This document shows, one piece after another, positions 27,133 through 34,690 of a stretch of 34,690 bases of DNA. The stretch lies in the NCBI GenBank assembly GCA_040289515.1, contig PSLI01000022.1:1-34690 (forward strand). Direction: 5' to 3'. This DNA is from Candidatus Sysuimicrobiota bacterium. Lineage in GTDB: Bacteria > Sysuimicrobiota > Sysuimicrobiia > Sysuimicrobiales > Sysuimicrobiaceae. Under the pieces are notes generated by a model. The model worked only from the letters and a program-made list of their open reading frames with translations. It was not told the DNA's origin and searched no databases. Position 1 is the first letter of the stretch. The number at the start of each line of letters is the position of its first letter. The position numbers and the translations under genes were made by a program.

Positions 27133-27911
27133 AGGGTGCCGTCGTCGCGCTGGCATGCGTGCTCCTGCTGACAGCGTTGGCGCAGGCAGGAGGGCTCACC
27201 TTGACGGCAGACCAGGTGGAGGCGGACTCCCGGTCAGGTAAGGTCCTGGCTCGGGGAAGGGTCTGGGTCTCCGACGGTGCTACTACGCTCACCGGGGAAC
27301 GGCTGGTCCTGGACGTGCGGGTGCAGCAGGCCATCCTGGTACGTGGGCGAATGCAGGCACAGGACGGCACCCTGGAGGCTGGGCGGATTCACCTGTTCTT
27401 CGCGGGACCGCGCATTGTGCGCGTGCTGGCCCGGGAGGCGGTCGCCCTGGAGACTCCCCGCGGGGTCGTCTTCGCGGACACCGTGGAGGCACGGCCCGAC
27501 GCCGGCCGCCTGATGGCCTCTGGGGACGTCAGGGTGTTCGTGCCGCCGGACGTGGTGGCCTTCGGCCCGCAGCTCGTGTACGGGCGAGCTCCCGCGCGGT
27601 TGCGCATGGGCGGCCCGGTACGCGTGCAGAGCGCTCAGGGTGTGCTCCGGGGCCGCACGCTGGAAGCCTCGGAGGAGGGGTGGGTGCGGGTGGAGGGGGA
27701 GGTCTTGCTGGAGTACGCGGATACAACTGGCCGAGCCGGGTCCGTGGTGCTGTTCGGACGCGAGAAACGGGTGGTGCTCGAGGGGGACGTGTTTCTTCAA
27801 CGCCGGAGGGATCGCTTGTGGGCGGACCGGGTGACCCTTTTCTACGAGCAGGGGCGGGTCGTGGCCGAACGGGTACGACGCCTGGTGGTGGTGGAGGAAG
27901 CTGAGGGGTGA
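27129..27911 (+). CDS. LptA/OstA-like multi-repeat beta-jellyroll protein
   Basis: GTG in a GTGA overlap. Signal peptide; LTADQVEAD...ARGRV, ADTVE..ASGDV and LEGDV...LWADRV repeats. Confidence 0.65.
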   Translation: MKGAVVALACVLLLTALAQAGGLTLTADQVEADSRSGKVLARGRVWVSDGATTLTGERLVLDVRVQQAILVRGRMQAQDGTLEAGRIHLFFAGPRIVRVLAREAVALETPRGVVFADTVEARPDAGRLMASGDVRVFVPPDVVAFGPQLVYGRAPARLRMGGPVRVQSAQGVLRGRTLEASEEGWVRVEGEVLLEYADTTGRAGSVVLFGREKRVVLEGDVFLQRRRDRLWADRVTLFYEQGRVVAERVRRLVVVEEAEG

Positions 27912-27976
27912 CAACAGCCCGCTGCGCCTTGACCTGTACCCGTTCTTGATGCCGCATTCGGAGGGGGTAGAAAACG

Positions 27977-29275
27977 GTGGTGCGGCAACCAATTCCCGAA
28001 GACGAGATTGACCTGAGGAGGCTTTTCGGTAACCTCTGGCGCGCGCGGTGGACGATTTGTGCTGTTACATTGGCCGCGGCTCTGCTTGCGGCGGCGGTCA
28101 GCGCGGGTCTTCCACCCACGTGGGAAGCTAAGGCAGATCTGATGGTGGTCACGCCACCCGTGCAGACACTGAGCGCCGAAAACCCGTCCGCTCGCTTGGG
28201 GGGTGATCTCAACGTGGTGGCCGTGCTGCGACCTGCGCTTTCACCCGAGGCAGTCGCAGCTCTGGGGCAGCTAACAGCCGTACTTCAAGAAGTCGCGCAA
28301 CGGGTCGGCGATAGTCCAGACCGCTTACGCAGAAACCTGCGCGCTCGCCCTGTGCGGAACACGAATATTGTCGAGCTTAGCGCCCGAGCCTCGGATCCAG
28401 AAAGGGCCGTGCACGTTGCGGAAGTGTGGGCGACGGTCGTTATAGAGGCCGCACGGCGGCCCTTTTCAGGTGAGGACGTCTTCGGGACTTTTAGCCAGCA
28501 GCTGAAAGCGGCCCAGGCAGCTTTGGAGACGGTGGACCTGGAGTTGAGGGAGTTTAACGCTCGGTCGCGCATCAGCGAGCTGCAGGCGAGGGCTGGCAAG
28601 CTCACAGATCAGCTGGCGACGTACGAGGTGCGCAGGAACGACCTGCGCGTTGCGGTGAGGAGGGCAGAAGCAGAGCTGTCCAAGATTCAGGCGGAGCTAA
28701 AAAACCAGGCGAGGATGCTTGTATTGGAAAAGGCGCTGGCAGATGACCCGTTCCTGCACGCTGTTGTGGCTGAGGGCTCGGGGAGGACGGCACAACAGAC
28801 GGCGCCGCTAACTCTTAGGAGCCAGGAGCAAAATCCTGTCTTCAACGTGTTGGAGGAGCGGCGGGCATTGATTGCCAAAGAGGTGGAGGCGTTGAGGGCT
28901 GAGTTGGGCGGCGTCGAGGAAAGCATGGCTCGCATCCGCGGGGAGCTGGCGGGGGTTCGGTCGGCGCTGGCTGCACAGCTCTTGGAGCAGACACGCCTGA
29001 ACCGACGTGCCGACGCGACTCGGCGGGTTTACGAGGCGCTGCTGCTGCGACGTGAAGAGGCGAGAATCTTTGCGAGGAGCAACACAGGCTCGGTGGAGTT
29101 ACTCGGACGCCCTGCCGCGCTGGATAAACCGGTCTCCCCTCGCCCGGGCCGAAACGCGGCGGTGGCGGCCGCAGTCGGGTTTCTCGTGGCGGTGTTCGGC
29201 GTCATCCTGCGGGATGCCTGGGCAGCGCCCCAAGTTGGCGAGGCGTCCGCGCGGACGCTAGAGGAAGCGCCTTGA
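27977..29275 (+). CDS. Wzz/GumC-family polysaccharide chain-length determinant (co-polymerase)
   Basis: EDEIDL..L...LW, TM1, long coiled coil, PVSPRP then TM2; no kinase domain. Confidence 0.85.
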   Translation: MVRQPIPEDEIDLRRLFGNLWRARWTICAVTLAAALLAAAVSAGLPPTWEAKADLMVVTPPVQTLSAENPSARLGGDLNVVAVLRPALSPEAVAALGQLTAVLQEVAQRVGDSPDRLRRNLRARPVRNTNIVELSARASDPERAVHVAEVWATVVIEAARRPFSGEDVFGTFSQQLKAAQAALETVDLELREFNARSRISELQARAGKLTDQLATYEVRRNDLRVAVRRAEAELSKIQAELKNQARMLVLEKALADDPFLHAVVAEGSGRTAQQTAPLTLRSQEQNPVFNVLEERRALIAKEVEALRAELGGVEESMARIRGELAGVRSALAAQLLEQTRLNRRADATRRVYEALLLRREEARIFARSNTGSVELLGRPAALDKPVSPRPGRNAAVAAAVGFLVAVFGVILRDAWAAPQVGEASARTLEEAP

Positions 29276-29288
29276 GGAGGCTGAACAG

Positions 29289-30353
29289 GTGAGGGCGTTG
29301 GTTCTTGCGGGTGGCAGAGGGACGCGCCTGCGGCCGCTCACGTACACCACGGCGAAGCAGCTGATGCCGGTGGCCAATGTTCCCATCCTCCACTACGTGG
29401 TGCGTCACCTGGAGGAGGCAGAGATCCGTGAGGTCGGCGTGATTCTGGCTCCCGAGACAGCAGACCAAGTGCGCGCGTCGCTGGCCTCATCGGGCTTCTC
29501 CGTGCAGTTCACCTACATTTTGCAGGAGGCTCCCCTGGGCCTGGCGCACGCGGTCCGGGTGGCGCGGCCGTTCCTTGGCGAGGAGCCCTTCGTCATGTAC
29601 CTGGGCGACAACCTGATCGGCCGCGGTGTCCGTGGGCTGGTCCAGGAGTTCCGCGAGCAGCGGGCGGACGCCCTGGTGCTGCTGAAGGAGGTGGAGGATC
29701 CTCGGAGGTTCGGGGTGGCCGAGCTGGACGGTGCGGGCCGGATCCGCCGCCTGCTGGAGAAGCCACAGAGCCCTCCCAGCAACCTGGCCCTGGTCGGTGT
29801 GTACGTGTTCGGGCCAGCCGTGCACCCGGCCGTGGAGGAGATCCAGCCCTCGTGGAGGGGGGAGCTGGAGATCACGGACGCTATCCAGTGGCTGGTGGAC
29901 CGCGGCTTTCGGGTGCACAACGCGGTGCTGGACACCTGGTGGCTGGACGCGGGGAAGAAGGACGACCTGCTGGAGGCGAACCGGGTGGTGCTGGACGAGT
30001 GGGTGCAGCGGGAGGTCGTCGGCTCCGTGGACGCAGACAGCCGGGTGGTGGGCCGGGTTCGGGTGGAAGCCCAGGCGCGGGTGGTGCGCAGCGAGGTGCG
30101 GGGGCCGGCGGTGATCGGATGTGGGGCCGTGGTGGAGGAGAGCTTCGTGGGGCCCTTTACCAGCGTGGGGCCCGGCTGCGTGCTGCGGGGCTGCGTGCTG
30201 CAGCACTGCGTCCTCCTGGAGGGGGCTCGGGTGGAAGGCGTGCAGCGCCTGGAGGACAGCGTGGTGGGCAAGAACGCGGTGGTGCGGCTCAGTCCGGGGA
30301 ACCATCGGGCCGTGCGTTTGCTGGTGGGAGACGACGCGGAAGTGTTGCTGTAG
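29289..30353 (+). CDS. rmlA: Glucose-1-phosphate thymidylyltransferase (long form)
   Basis: LAGGRGTRLRP.T...KQL.PV, PLGLAHA, YLGDN and RGELEITD motifs, plus a C-terminal beta-helix. Confidence 0.95.
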   Translation: MRALVLAGGRGTRLRPLTYTTAKQLMPVANVPILHYVVRHLEEAEIREVGVILAPETADQVRASLASSGFSVQFTYILQEAPLGLAHAVRVARPFLGEEPFVMYLGDNLIGRGVRGLVQEFREQRADALVLLKEVEDPRRFGVAELDGAGRIRRLLEKPQSPPSNLALVGVYVFGPAVHPAVEEIQPSWRGELEITDAIQWLVDRGFRVHNAVLDTWWLDAGKKDDLLEANRVVLDEWVQREVVGSVDADSRVVGRVRVEAQARVVRSEVRGPAVIGCGAVVEESFVGPFTSVGPGCVLRGCVLQHCVLLEGARVEGVQRLEDSVVGKNAVVRLSPGNHRAVRLLVGDDAEVLL

Positions 30354-30363
30354 GGGTGGAACG

Positions 30364-30945
30364 GTGCCGTTCACGTTCCGACGGCTGGAGATTCCGGACG
30401 TGGTCCTGGTCCAAGCCCGCGCCTTCGAGGACGAGCGCGGCTTCTTCCTGGAGGCCTACAAACGTTCGGACTTCGCGGCTCACGGGATCCCGAAGGACTT
30501 CGTCCAGGACAACTTCTCCCGCTCTACGCGGCGGGGTGTCCTTCGGGGTTTGCATTACCAAAAGGCCCCCAGGGCGCAGGGGAAGCTGGTGATGGTGCTT
30601 CGGGGACGGATTTGGGACGTGGCGGTGGATCTGCGGCGAGGCTCCCCGTGGTACGGACGCTGGGTGGCCGTGGAGCTCTCGGAAGATGAGCACACCATGC
30701 TGTGGGTTCCCCCAGGGTTCGCCCACGGGTTCTGCGTGCTCAGCGAGGGCGCGGACGTGCTGTACAAGTGCACGGAGGAGTACGCGCCGGAGCTGGACCG
30801 TGGGATCCGGTGGGACGACTCGGAGCTGGCGATCCCGTGGCCGGTAGAGAGGCCTATCGTCTCGGCCAAGGATGCTGCTTCGCCGCGGCTCTGCGATGCT
30901 GAGCCTGGTTTTGTTTATGGGAGCGAGACCGGAGTACGAGGATGA
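30364..30945 (+). CDS. rmlC: dTDP-4-dehydrorhamnose 3,5-epimerase
   Basis: DERGFF, FVQDN.S, LRGLHYQ, DVAVDLR and GFAHGF motifs. Confidence 0.95.
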   Translation: MPFTFRRLEIPDVVLVQARAFEDERGFFLEAYKRSDFAAHGIPKDFVQDNFSRSTRRGVLRGLHYQKAPRAQGKLVMVLRGRIWDVAVDLRRGSPWYGRWVAVELSEDEHTMLWVPPGFAHGFCVLSEGADVLYKCTEEYAPELDRGIRWDDSELAIPWPVERPIVSAKDAASPRLCDAEPGFVYGSETGVRG

Positions 30946-32003
30946 GCGCCCAAGACGCTCGCACGATCGTGGTCACCGGAGGGTGCGGCTTCATCGGGAG
31001 TCATTTTGTCCGCCTTCTCCTCCAGCAGAGCTCGTGCCGGGTCGTGAACCTCGACAAGCTCACCTACGCCGGGGATCCGGGCAGGGTAGCGGACATCGCG
31101 GAGGATCCTCGGTACCGATTCGTGTGCGGCGACATCGCCGACGGGTGCCTGCTGGACGATTTGCTGGCGAGCGAACGCCCCTGGGCGATCGTCAACTTCG
31201 CTGCGGAGTCCCACGTGGACCGTAGCATCCTCGACCCCGCGCCGTTCCTGGAGACGAACATCCGGGGCGTCCACGTCCTCCTGGAAGCCGCGCGTCGGTA
31301 CGAGGTCGAACGGTTCCTGCAGGTCTCCACGGACGAAGTCTACGGCGACGCCGACGGAGTGACGCCCCGCACCGAGGAGGATGCGTTGCGGCCCAGTAGT
31401 CCCTATGCGGCAAGCAAGGCGGCTGCCGATTTGCTGTGCCTCGCGTACCGTCGAACGTACCGGCTTCCCGTCATCATTGCCCGCAGCTCGAACAACTACG
31501 GTCCATTCCAGCACCCGGAAAAGCTCATCCCGCTCGTGATCCGCAACGCCCTGGCCGGAGCCGAGCTGCCGGTGTACGGTGACGGCGGCCAGCGGCGGGA
31601 CTGGCTGTATGTGGAGGACAATTGCCGGGCGCTCCTCGCCGTACTGGAGCGCGGGCAGCTGGGCGCGGTCTACAACATCGCCTCCGGAGTTCTGACGACC
31701 AACCTGCAGGTCGTCCGTCAGGTGTGTGGGCATCTTGCCGAAGAACTGGGGACGGACCCGCGGACGTTGCTCGCCCGTATTCGATTCGTGCAGGACCGAC
31801 CGGGTCACGACCGCGCCTATGCGGTCAGCACGGAGCGGATGGTGCAGGAGCTCGGGTGGAAGCCGGAGGTAACCCTAGACGCGGGCCTGCGGTCTACGGT
31901 GCGGTGGTACCTGAGCCACCGAGACTGGCTCGAGCGGTCGGTGGACGACGGGTACCGCGCGTACTACGAGGCTGTCTACGGCCGGGGGTGGAGCCGAGCG
32001 TGA
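30942..32003 (+). CDS. rmlB: dTDP-glucose 4,6-dehydratase
   Basis: VTGGCGFIGS, DKLTYAG, AAESHVDRSI, STDEVYG, YAASK and DRPGHD motifs. Confidence 0.96.
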   Translation: MSAQDARTIVVTGGCGFIGSHFVRLLLQQSSCRVVNLDKLTYAGDPGRVADIAEDPRYRFVCGDIADGCLLDDLLASERPWAIVNFAAESHVDRSILDPAPFLETNIRGVHVLLEAARRYEVERFLQVSTDEVYGDADGVTPRTEEDALRPSSPYAASKAAADLLCLAYRRTYRLPVIIARSSNNYGPFQHPEKLIPLVIRNALAGAELPVYGDGGQRRDWLYVEDNCRALLAVLERGQLGAVYNIASGVLTTNLQVVRQVCGHLAEELGTDPRTLLARIRFVQDRPGHDRAYAVSTERMVQELGWKPEVTLDAGLRSTVRWYLSHRDWLERSVDDGYRAYYEAVYGRGWSRA

Positions 32004-32887
32004 CGCGCGTGGCGGTGGTCGGTGCGAGCGGGCAGCTCGGTCGGGAACTGGTCCGAGTCCTTGAACACTCAGGGGAGTGTAAGGGGTTCGGTCACGAGGA
32101 TGTGGAGTGTACCGATCCCCGCTCGGTGACGGCTGCACTCGCGCCGTACCGACCGGACGTGGTGGTGAACTGCGCGGCGTTCGTCCGCGTGGATGCTTGC
32201 GAGGAGGACCCGCGCCGTGCCTTTGAGGTGAACGCCCTGGGTGCCTTGAACGTGGCACGCGCCTGCCGAGAAGTCGGTGCCCGGTGCGTCTACATCAGCA
32301 CCGACTACGTCTTCGACGGAACCAAGGCGGGCCCGTACGCCGAGCAGGACCGGCCGAACCCCGTCAACGTGTACGGCGCCTCCAAGCTGGCGGGAGAGCA
32401 CTTGGTGCTGCAGACCTGCCCGGACGCGCTGCTGGTGCGGGTGGCGAGCCTGTACGGGGGAACCGGCGCCCGCGGCAAGGGCACCAACTTCGTCCTCACC
32501 ATCCTCGAGCGCGCCCGGCGAGGAGAGGCCCTCCGAGTGGTACACGACGTCCGGATGTCGCCCACCTACGCACCCGACGCCGCCCAGGCCATCGTAGCGC
32601 TCCTACGGCGCAGGGCAGCCGGGATCTTCCACGTGGTGAACGACGGCTCGTGCACCTGGTACGAGTTTGCCGTGCGGGCCCTGGAGCTCGCGGGGTGGGG
32701 GGTGGCCGTAGAGGCGGTCCCCCAGGCCGCCTATCCGACCAGGGCCCGGAGGCCGCCGAACTCGGCCCTGTCCACCCACAAGCTCGCCGCCCTGGGGATT
32801 CATATTCGGCCGTGGCAGGAAGCTCTGGGCGAATACGTGTGCAACCTTCTGGTGCGCCCCACGACCGAGGTCCAGGGTCGGCTATGA
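32000..32887 (+). CDS. rmlD: dTDP-4-dehydrorhamnose reductase
   Basis: GASGQLG, NCAA, ISTDYVFDG, YGASK, SPT and RP.NSAL motifs. Confidence 0.95.
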   Translation: MTRVAVVGASGQLGRELVRVLEHSGECKGFGHEDVECTDPRSVTAALAPYRPDVVVNCAAFVRVDACEEDPRRAFEVNALGALNVARACREVGARCVYISTDYVFDGTKAGPYAEQDRPNPVNVYGASKLAGEHLVLQTCPDALLVRVASLYGGTGARGKGTNFVLTILERARRGEALRVVHDVRMSPTYAPDAAQAIVALLRRRAAGIFHVVNDGSCTWYEFAVRALELAGWGVAVEAVPQAAYPTRARRPPNSALSTHKLAALGIHIRPWQEALGEYVCNLLVRPTTEVQGRL

Positions 32888-32975
32888 TAGAAGCGGGTTT
32901 GGGTAGACAGACCACAAACTTGCGAGGCGGCCGGCGACCGGCTACGCTGCTGGGACGGGGGTCCGGGCTTATTCC
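32883..32975 (+). promoter_or_regulatory. Putative -10 box (TATGAT) and structured 5' leader of the NusG paralogue
   Basis: TATGAT at 32883-32888. Stem GCGGGTTTG-GGT...ACC-A-CAAACTTGC (32893-32923), then GGCGG and hairpin GCCGG-CGA-CCGGC (32930-32942). Confidence 0.45.
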
Positions 32976-33482
32976 ATGGACGTGGGTGCCCGCTGGTACG
33001 TAGCCCATGTGAAGCCGCGGCAGGAGGAGCAGGTGTGCGCGCGGCTGGCAGAAGCGGTTGTGGAGACCTTCCTGCCGCGGCTGCTGGTGCAGCGGCGTCA
33101 CGGGTCGAGACGCTGGAGGGCCCTTGAGCCCCTGTTCCCAGGCTACGTGTTTGTCCGGCTAACCCCGGACCCTTCGGTGCTCTTTCGGGTGCGGTGGACC
33201 CGTGGGGTGAGGCAACTATTGGGTAGCGAGGACGGACCCACCCCGGTCGACGACGGGGTGGTGGCATACCTCCGTGCCCGGACCGGGCCCGAAGGGCTCA
33301 TCGTGCCGCGGCCTCGGCTGGCGCCGGGTACCCGCGTGCGGTTCGTGGACGGTCCGTTCGCCCTTCTGGAGGGGATCGTGGAGCGGCCCGCCACCCGGGA
33401 GGAACGGGTCAGGGTGCTCCTGCAGCTTTGCGGTACGGTGGTGTCCGTAGAGGCACCAACCGACGAGCTGGTCCCGGTTTGA
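32976..33482 (+). CDS. NusG-family specialised antiterminator (RfaH/LoaP/UpxY-like)
   Basis: WYVAHVKPRQE, PLFPGYVFV, TRGV and KOW G..V....GPF..LEG motifs. Adjacent to polysaccharide genes rather than secE/rplK. Confidence 0.9.
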   Translation: MDVGARWYVAHVKPRQEEQVCARLAEAVVETFLPRLLVQRRHGSRRWRALEPLFPGYVFVRLTPDPSVLFRVRWTRGVRQLLGSEDGPTPVDDGVVAYLRARTGPEGLIVPRPRLAPGTRVRFVDGPFALLEGIVERPATREERVRVLLQLCGTVVSVEAPTDELVPV

Positions 33483-33543
33483 GCGGACGGCCCGGATCCG
33501 AGCCCGGGCCGGGGAGTTGGGAAAATTGAGCCGCAGACGGCCA

Positions 33544-33581
33544 CCTGGTGCCGGGTACGCGACGTACCCGAACGGCGGAGC
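33544..33581 (+). repeat. Hairpin+GGCGGAGC element, copy 2
   Basis: CCTGGTGC-CGGGTACG-CGA-CGTACCCG-AACGGCGGAGC. Confidence 0.8.
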
Positions 33582-33650
33582 GGAGCTAGAGTTCCACAGG
33601 CTTTCCGGCCTCGCCCGGCACATCGTATTACCCGGAGGGAGGGGAGTTCC

Positions 33651-34211
33651 GTGGCGGTTCAGCCTCTGAAGCGCCTGTTCACGGTGGAGGAGTACCACCG
33701 GATGGGGGAGGTGGGGATCCTCGGGGAGGACGACCGGGTGGAGCTGGTGGAAGGGGAGATCGTGCAGATGAGTCCCATCGGGAGCCGCCACGCAACATGC
33801 GTCAGGCGCCTGAATCACCTCTTCGGCAGGCACCTGTTGGGAAGGGCCATCATTGACGTGCAGAATCCGATCCGCCTGAGCCAGCACTCCGAGCCGCAGC
33901 CGGACGTGAGCCTGCTAAAGCCGCGGGCGGACTTTTACGCCTCGGGCCATCCGGGGCCGGAGGATGTGCTGCTGGTGGTGGAGGTGGTGGAGAGTTCCGG
34001 GGCGTACGACCGGGAGGTGAAAGTGCCGCTGTACGCGCGGGCTGGGATCCCGGAGGTGTGGGTGGTGGACCTGGCGGAGGGGCGGGTGGAGGTGTACCGG
34101 AAGCCGTCTGCGGAGGGCTACCGGGAGGTGCGGCAGCTGGGGCGGGGTGAGCGTCTGGCCCCGGAAGCGCTGCCGCAGCTGGAGCTTGGGGTGGAGGAGG
34201 TCCTGGAGTAG
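33651..34211 (+). CDS. Uma2-family (PD-(D/E)XK-like) putative endonuclease
   Basis: FTVEEYHRM, VELVEGEI..MSPIG..H, EPQPD, LVVEV and K...YARAGIPEVWVVDL motifs. SD GGAGGG. Confidence 0.93.
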   Translation: MAVQPLKRLFTVEEYHRMGEVGILGEDDRVELVEGEIVQMSPIGSRHATCVRRLNHLFGRHLLGRAIIDVQNPIRLSQHSEPQPDVSLLKPRADFYASGHPGPEDVLLVVEVVESSGAYDREVKVPLYARAGIPEVWVVDLAEGRVEVYRKPSAEGYREVRQLGRGERLAPEALPQLELGVEEVLE

Positions 34212-34228
34212 ATCCGCAGCAGGTTTCT

Positions 34229-34564
34229 ATGCCCATCTACGAGTATCGCTGCGAGTCTTGCGGGACGAAATTCTCGGTGGTCTTCTGGCCCCCCGATCGC
34301 CCCGAACCCAGGTGCCGCCGCTGCGGCAGCACCCGGGCACGACGGCTGATCTCCCGTGTGGCCTTGGTCCGGGGCGAGGAAGACCGGCTGGAACGCCTGG
34401 CCGACGACATCTCGGGGGTAGACGAACACGACCCGCGCAGCGTGGCGCGCTGGGCCCGGCGGCTGGGTGAGGAGATGGGGGAGGACCTGGGGCAGGAATT
34501 CGAGCAGGCCTTGGACGAGGCCTCTGCGACCTCCGGAGAGGATAGCCGGGAAGACGCTCCATGA
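34229..34564 (+). CDS. FmdB-family zinc-ribbon protein with acidic tail
   Basis: MPIYEYRCESCG...CRRCGS...RLIS. Confidence 0.88.
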   Translation: MPIYEYRCESCGTKFSVVFWPPDRPEPRCRRCGSTRARRLISRVALVRGEEDRLERLADDISGVDEHDPRSVARWARRLGEEMGEDLGQEFEQALDEASATSGEDSREDAP

Positions 34565-34602
34565 GCGACACCACAGCAGGGCCTCCTGGCCGGGAGGGAG
34601 TG

Positions 34603-34690
34603 ATGGGCGCAAAGGTTCGGCTCACGGCGCCTGGGGCTCCTGCTGGGGCTGGGCCTGGCCACGGCCCGGCATGCCCTGGGGGCGGAGCCC
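34603..34690 (+). CDS. Start of a possible exported protein (runs off the window; apparent frameshift)
   Basis: SD GGGAGGGAG before ATG 34603 (MGAKVRLTA). A signal-like LGLLLGLGLATARHALG follows in the +1 frame. Confidence 0.3.
   Translation, partial: MGAKVRLTAPGAPAGAGPGHGPACPGGGA

Noticed and set aside
27929..27942. TTGACC -35 box and a TGTACCCG half-site upstream of the Wzz-like gene
   Set aside because: No matching -10 at the proper spacing, and a lone 8-mer is expected by chance.
33651..34564. Uma2 plus FmdB as a toxin-antitoxin or defence pair
   Set aside because: Both are common stand-alone families, and nothing beyond adjacency links them.
697..34662. Numerous long antisense or alternate-frame ORFs (e.g. 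697-1584, 6867-7997, 9405-11702, 11712-13232, 16576-18369, 19847-21433)
   Set aside because: These are shadow ORFs expected at high GC. They are Pro/Arg/Gly/His-rich, have no motifs, and overlap well-supported genes.

Overview
GC-rich bacterial chromosome segment. The gene repertoire suggests a diderm Terrabacteria lineage such as Armatimonadota; this is inference only. Left to right it contains: (i) an LptA/OstA-like gene, a stand-alone DUF2090 aldolase-like gene and a Zn-dehydrogenase; (ii) a Liv-type ABC transporter plus acyl-CoA ligase cluster split into two head-on halves; (iii) a MoaD-MoaE fusion divergent from a PHP hydrolase; (iv) acs, preceded by a collapsed remnant of a second acs; (v) a tightly coupled envelope-glycolipid operon (two non-canonical LpxB-like GT-B enzymes, an MsbA-like ABC exporter, two GT2s, a WaaL-like ligase) divergent from an unusually short LptD-like gene, followed by PMM/PGM and YitJ; (vi) a ~0.7 kb gap with REP-like palindromes and tandem repeats; (vii) a membrane protein-TPR-LptA-Wzz-rmlACBD-NusG paralogue block, bracketed by two direct copies of a ~38-bp hairpin+GGCGGAGC element that carries a compensatory base-pair change; (viii) Uma2 and FmdB genes. 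No rRNA, tRNA, CRISPR array or intact transposase/integrase was seen. The best candidates for new biology are the covarying element with the NusG paralogue (possible JUMPStart/ops analogue, or integration scars) and the twin-LpxB-like/mini-LptD glycolipid pathway. All family assignments come from motifs recognised by eye; no searches were run.
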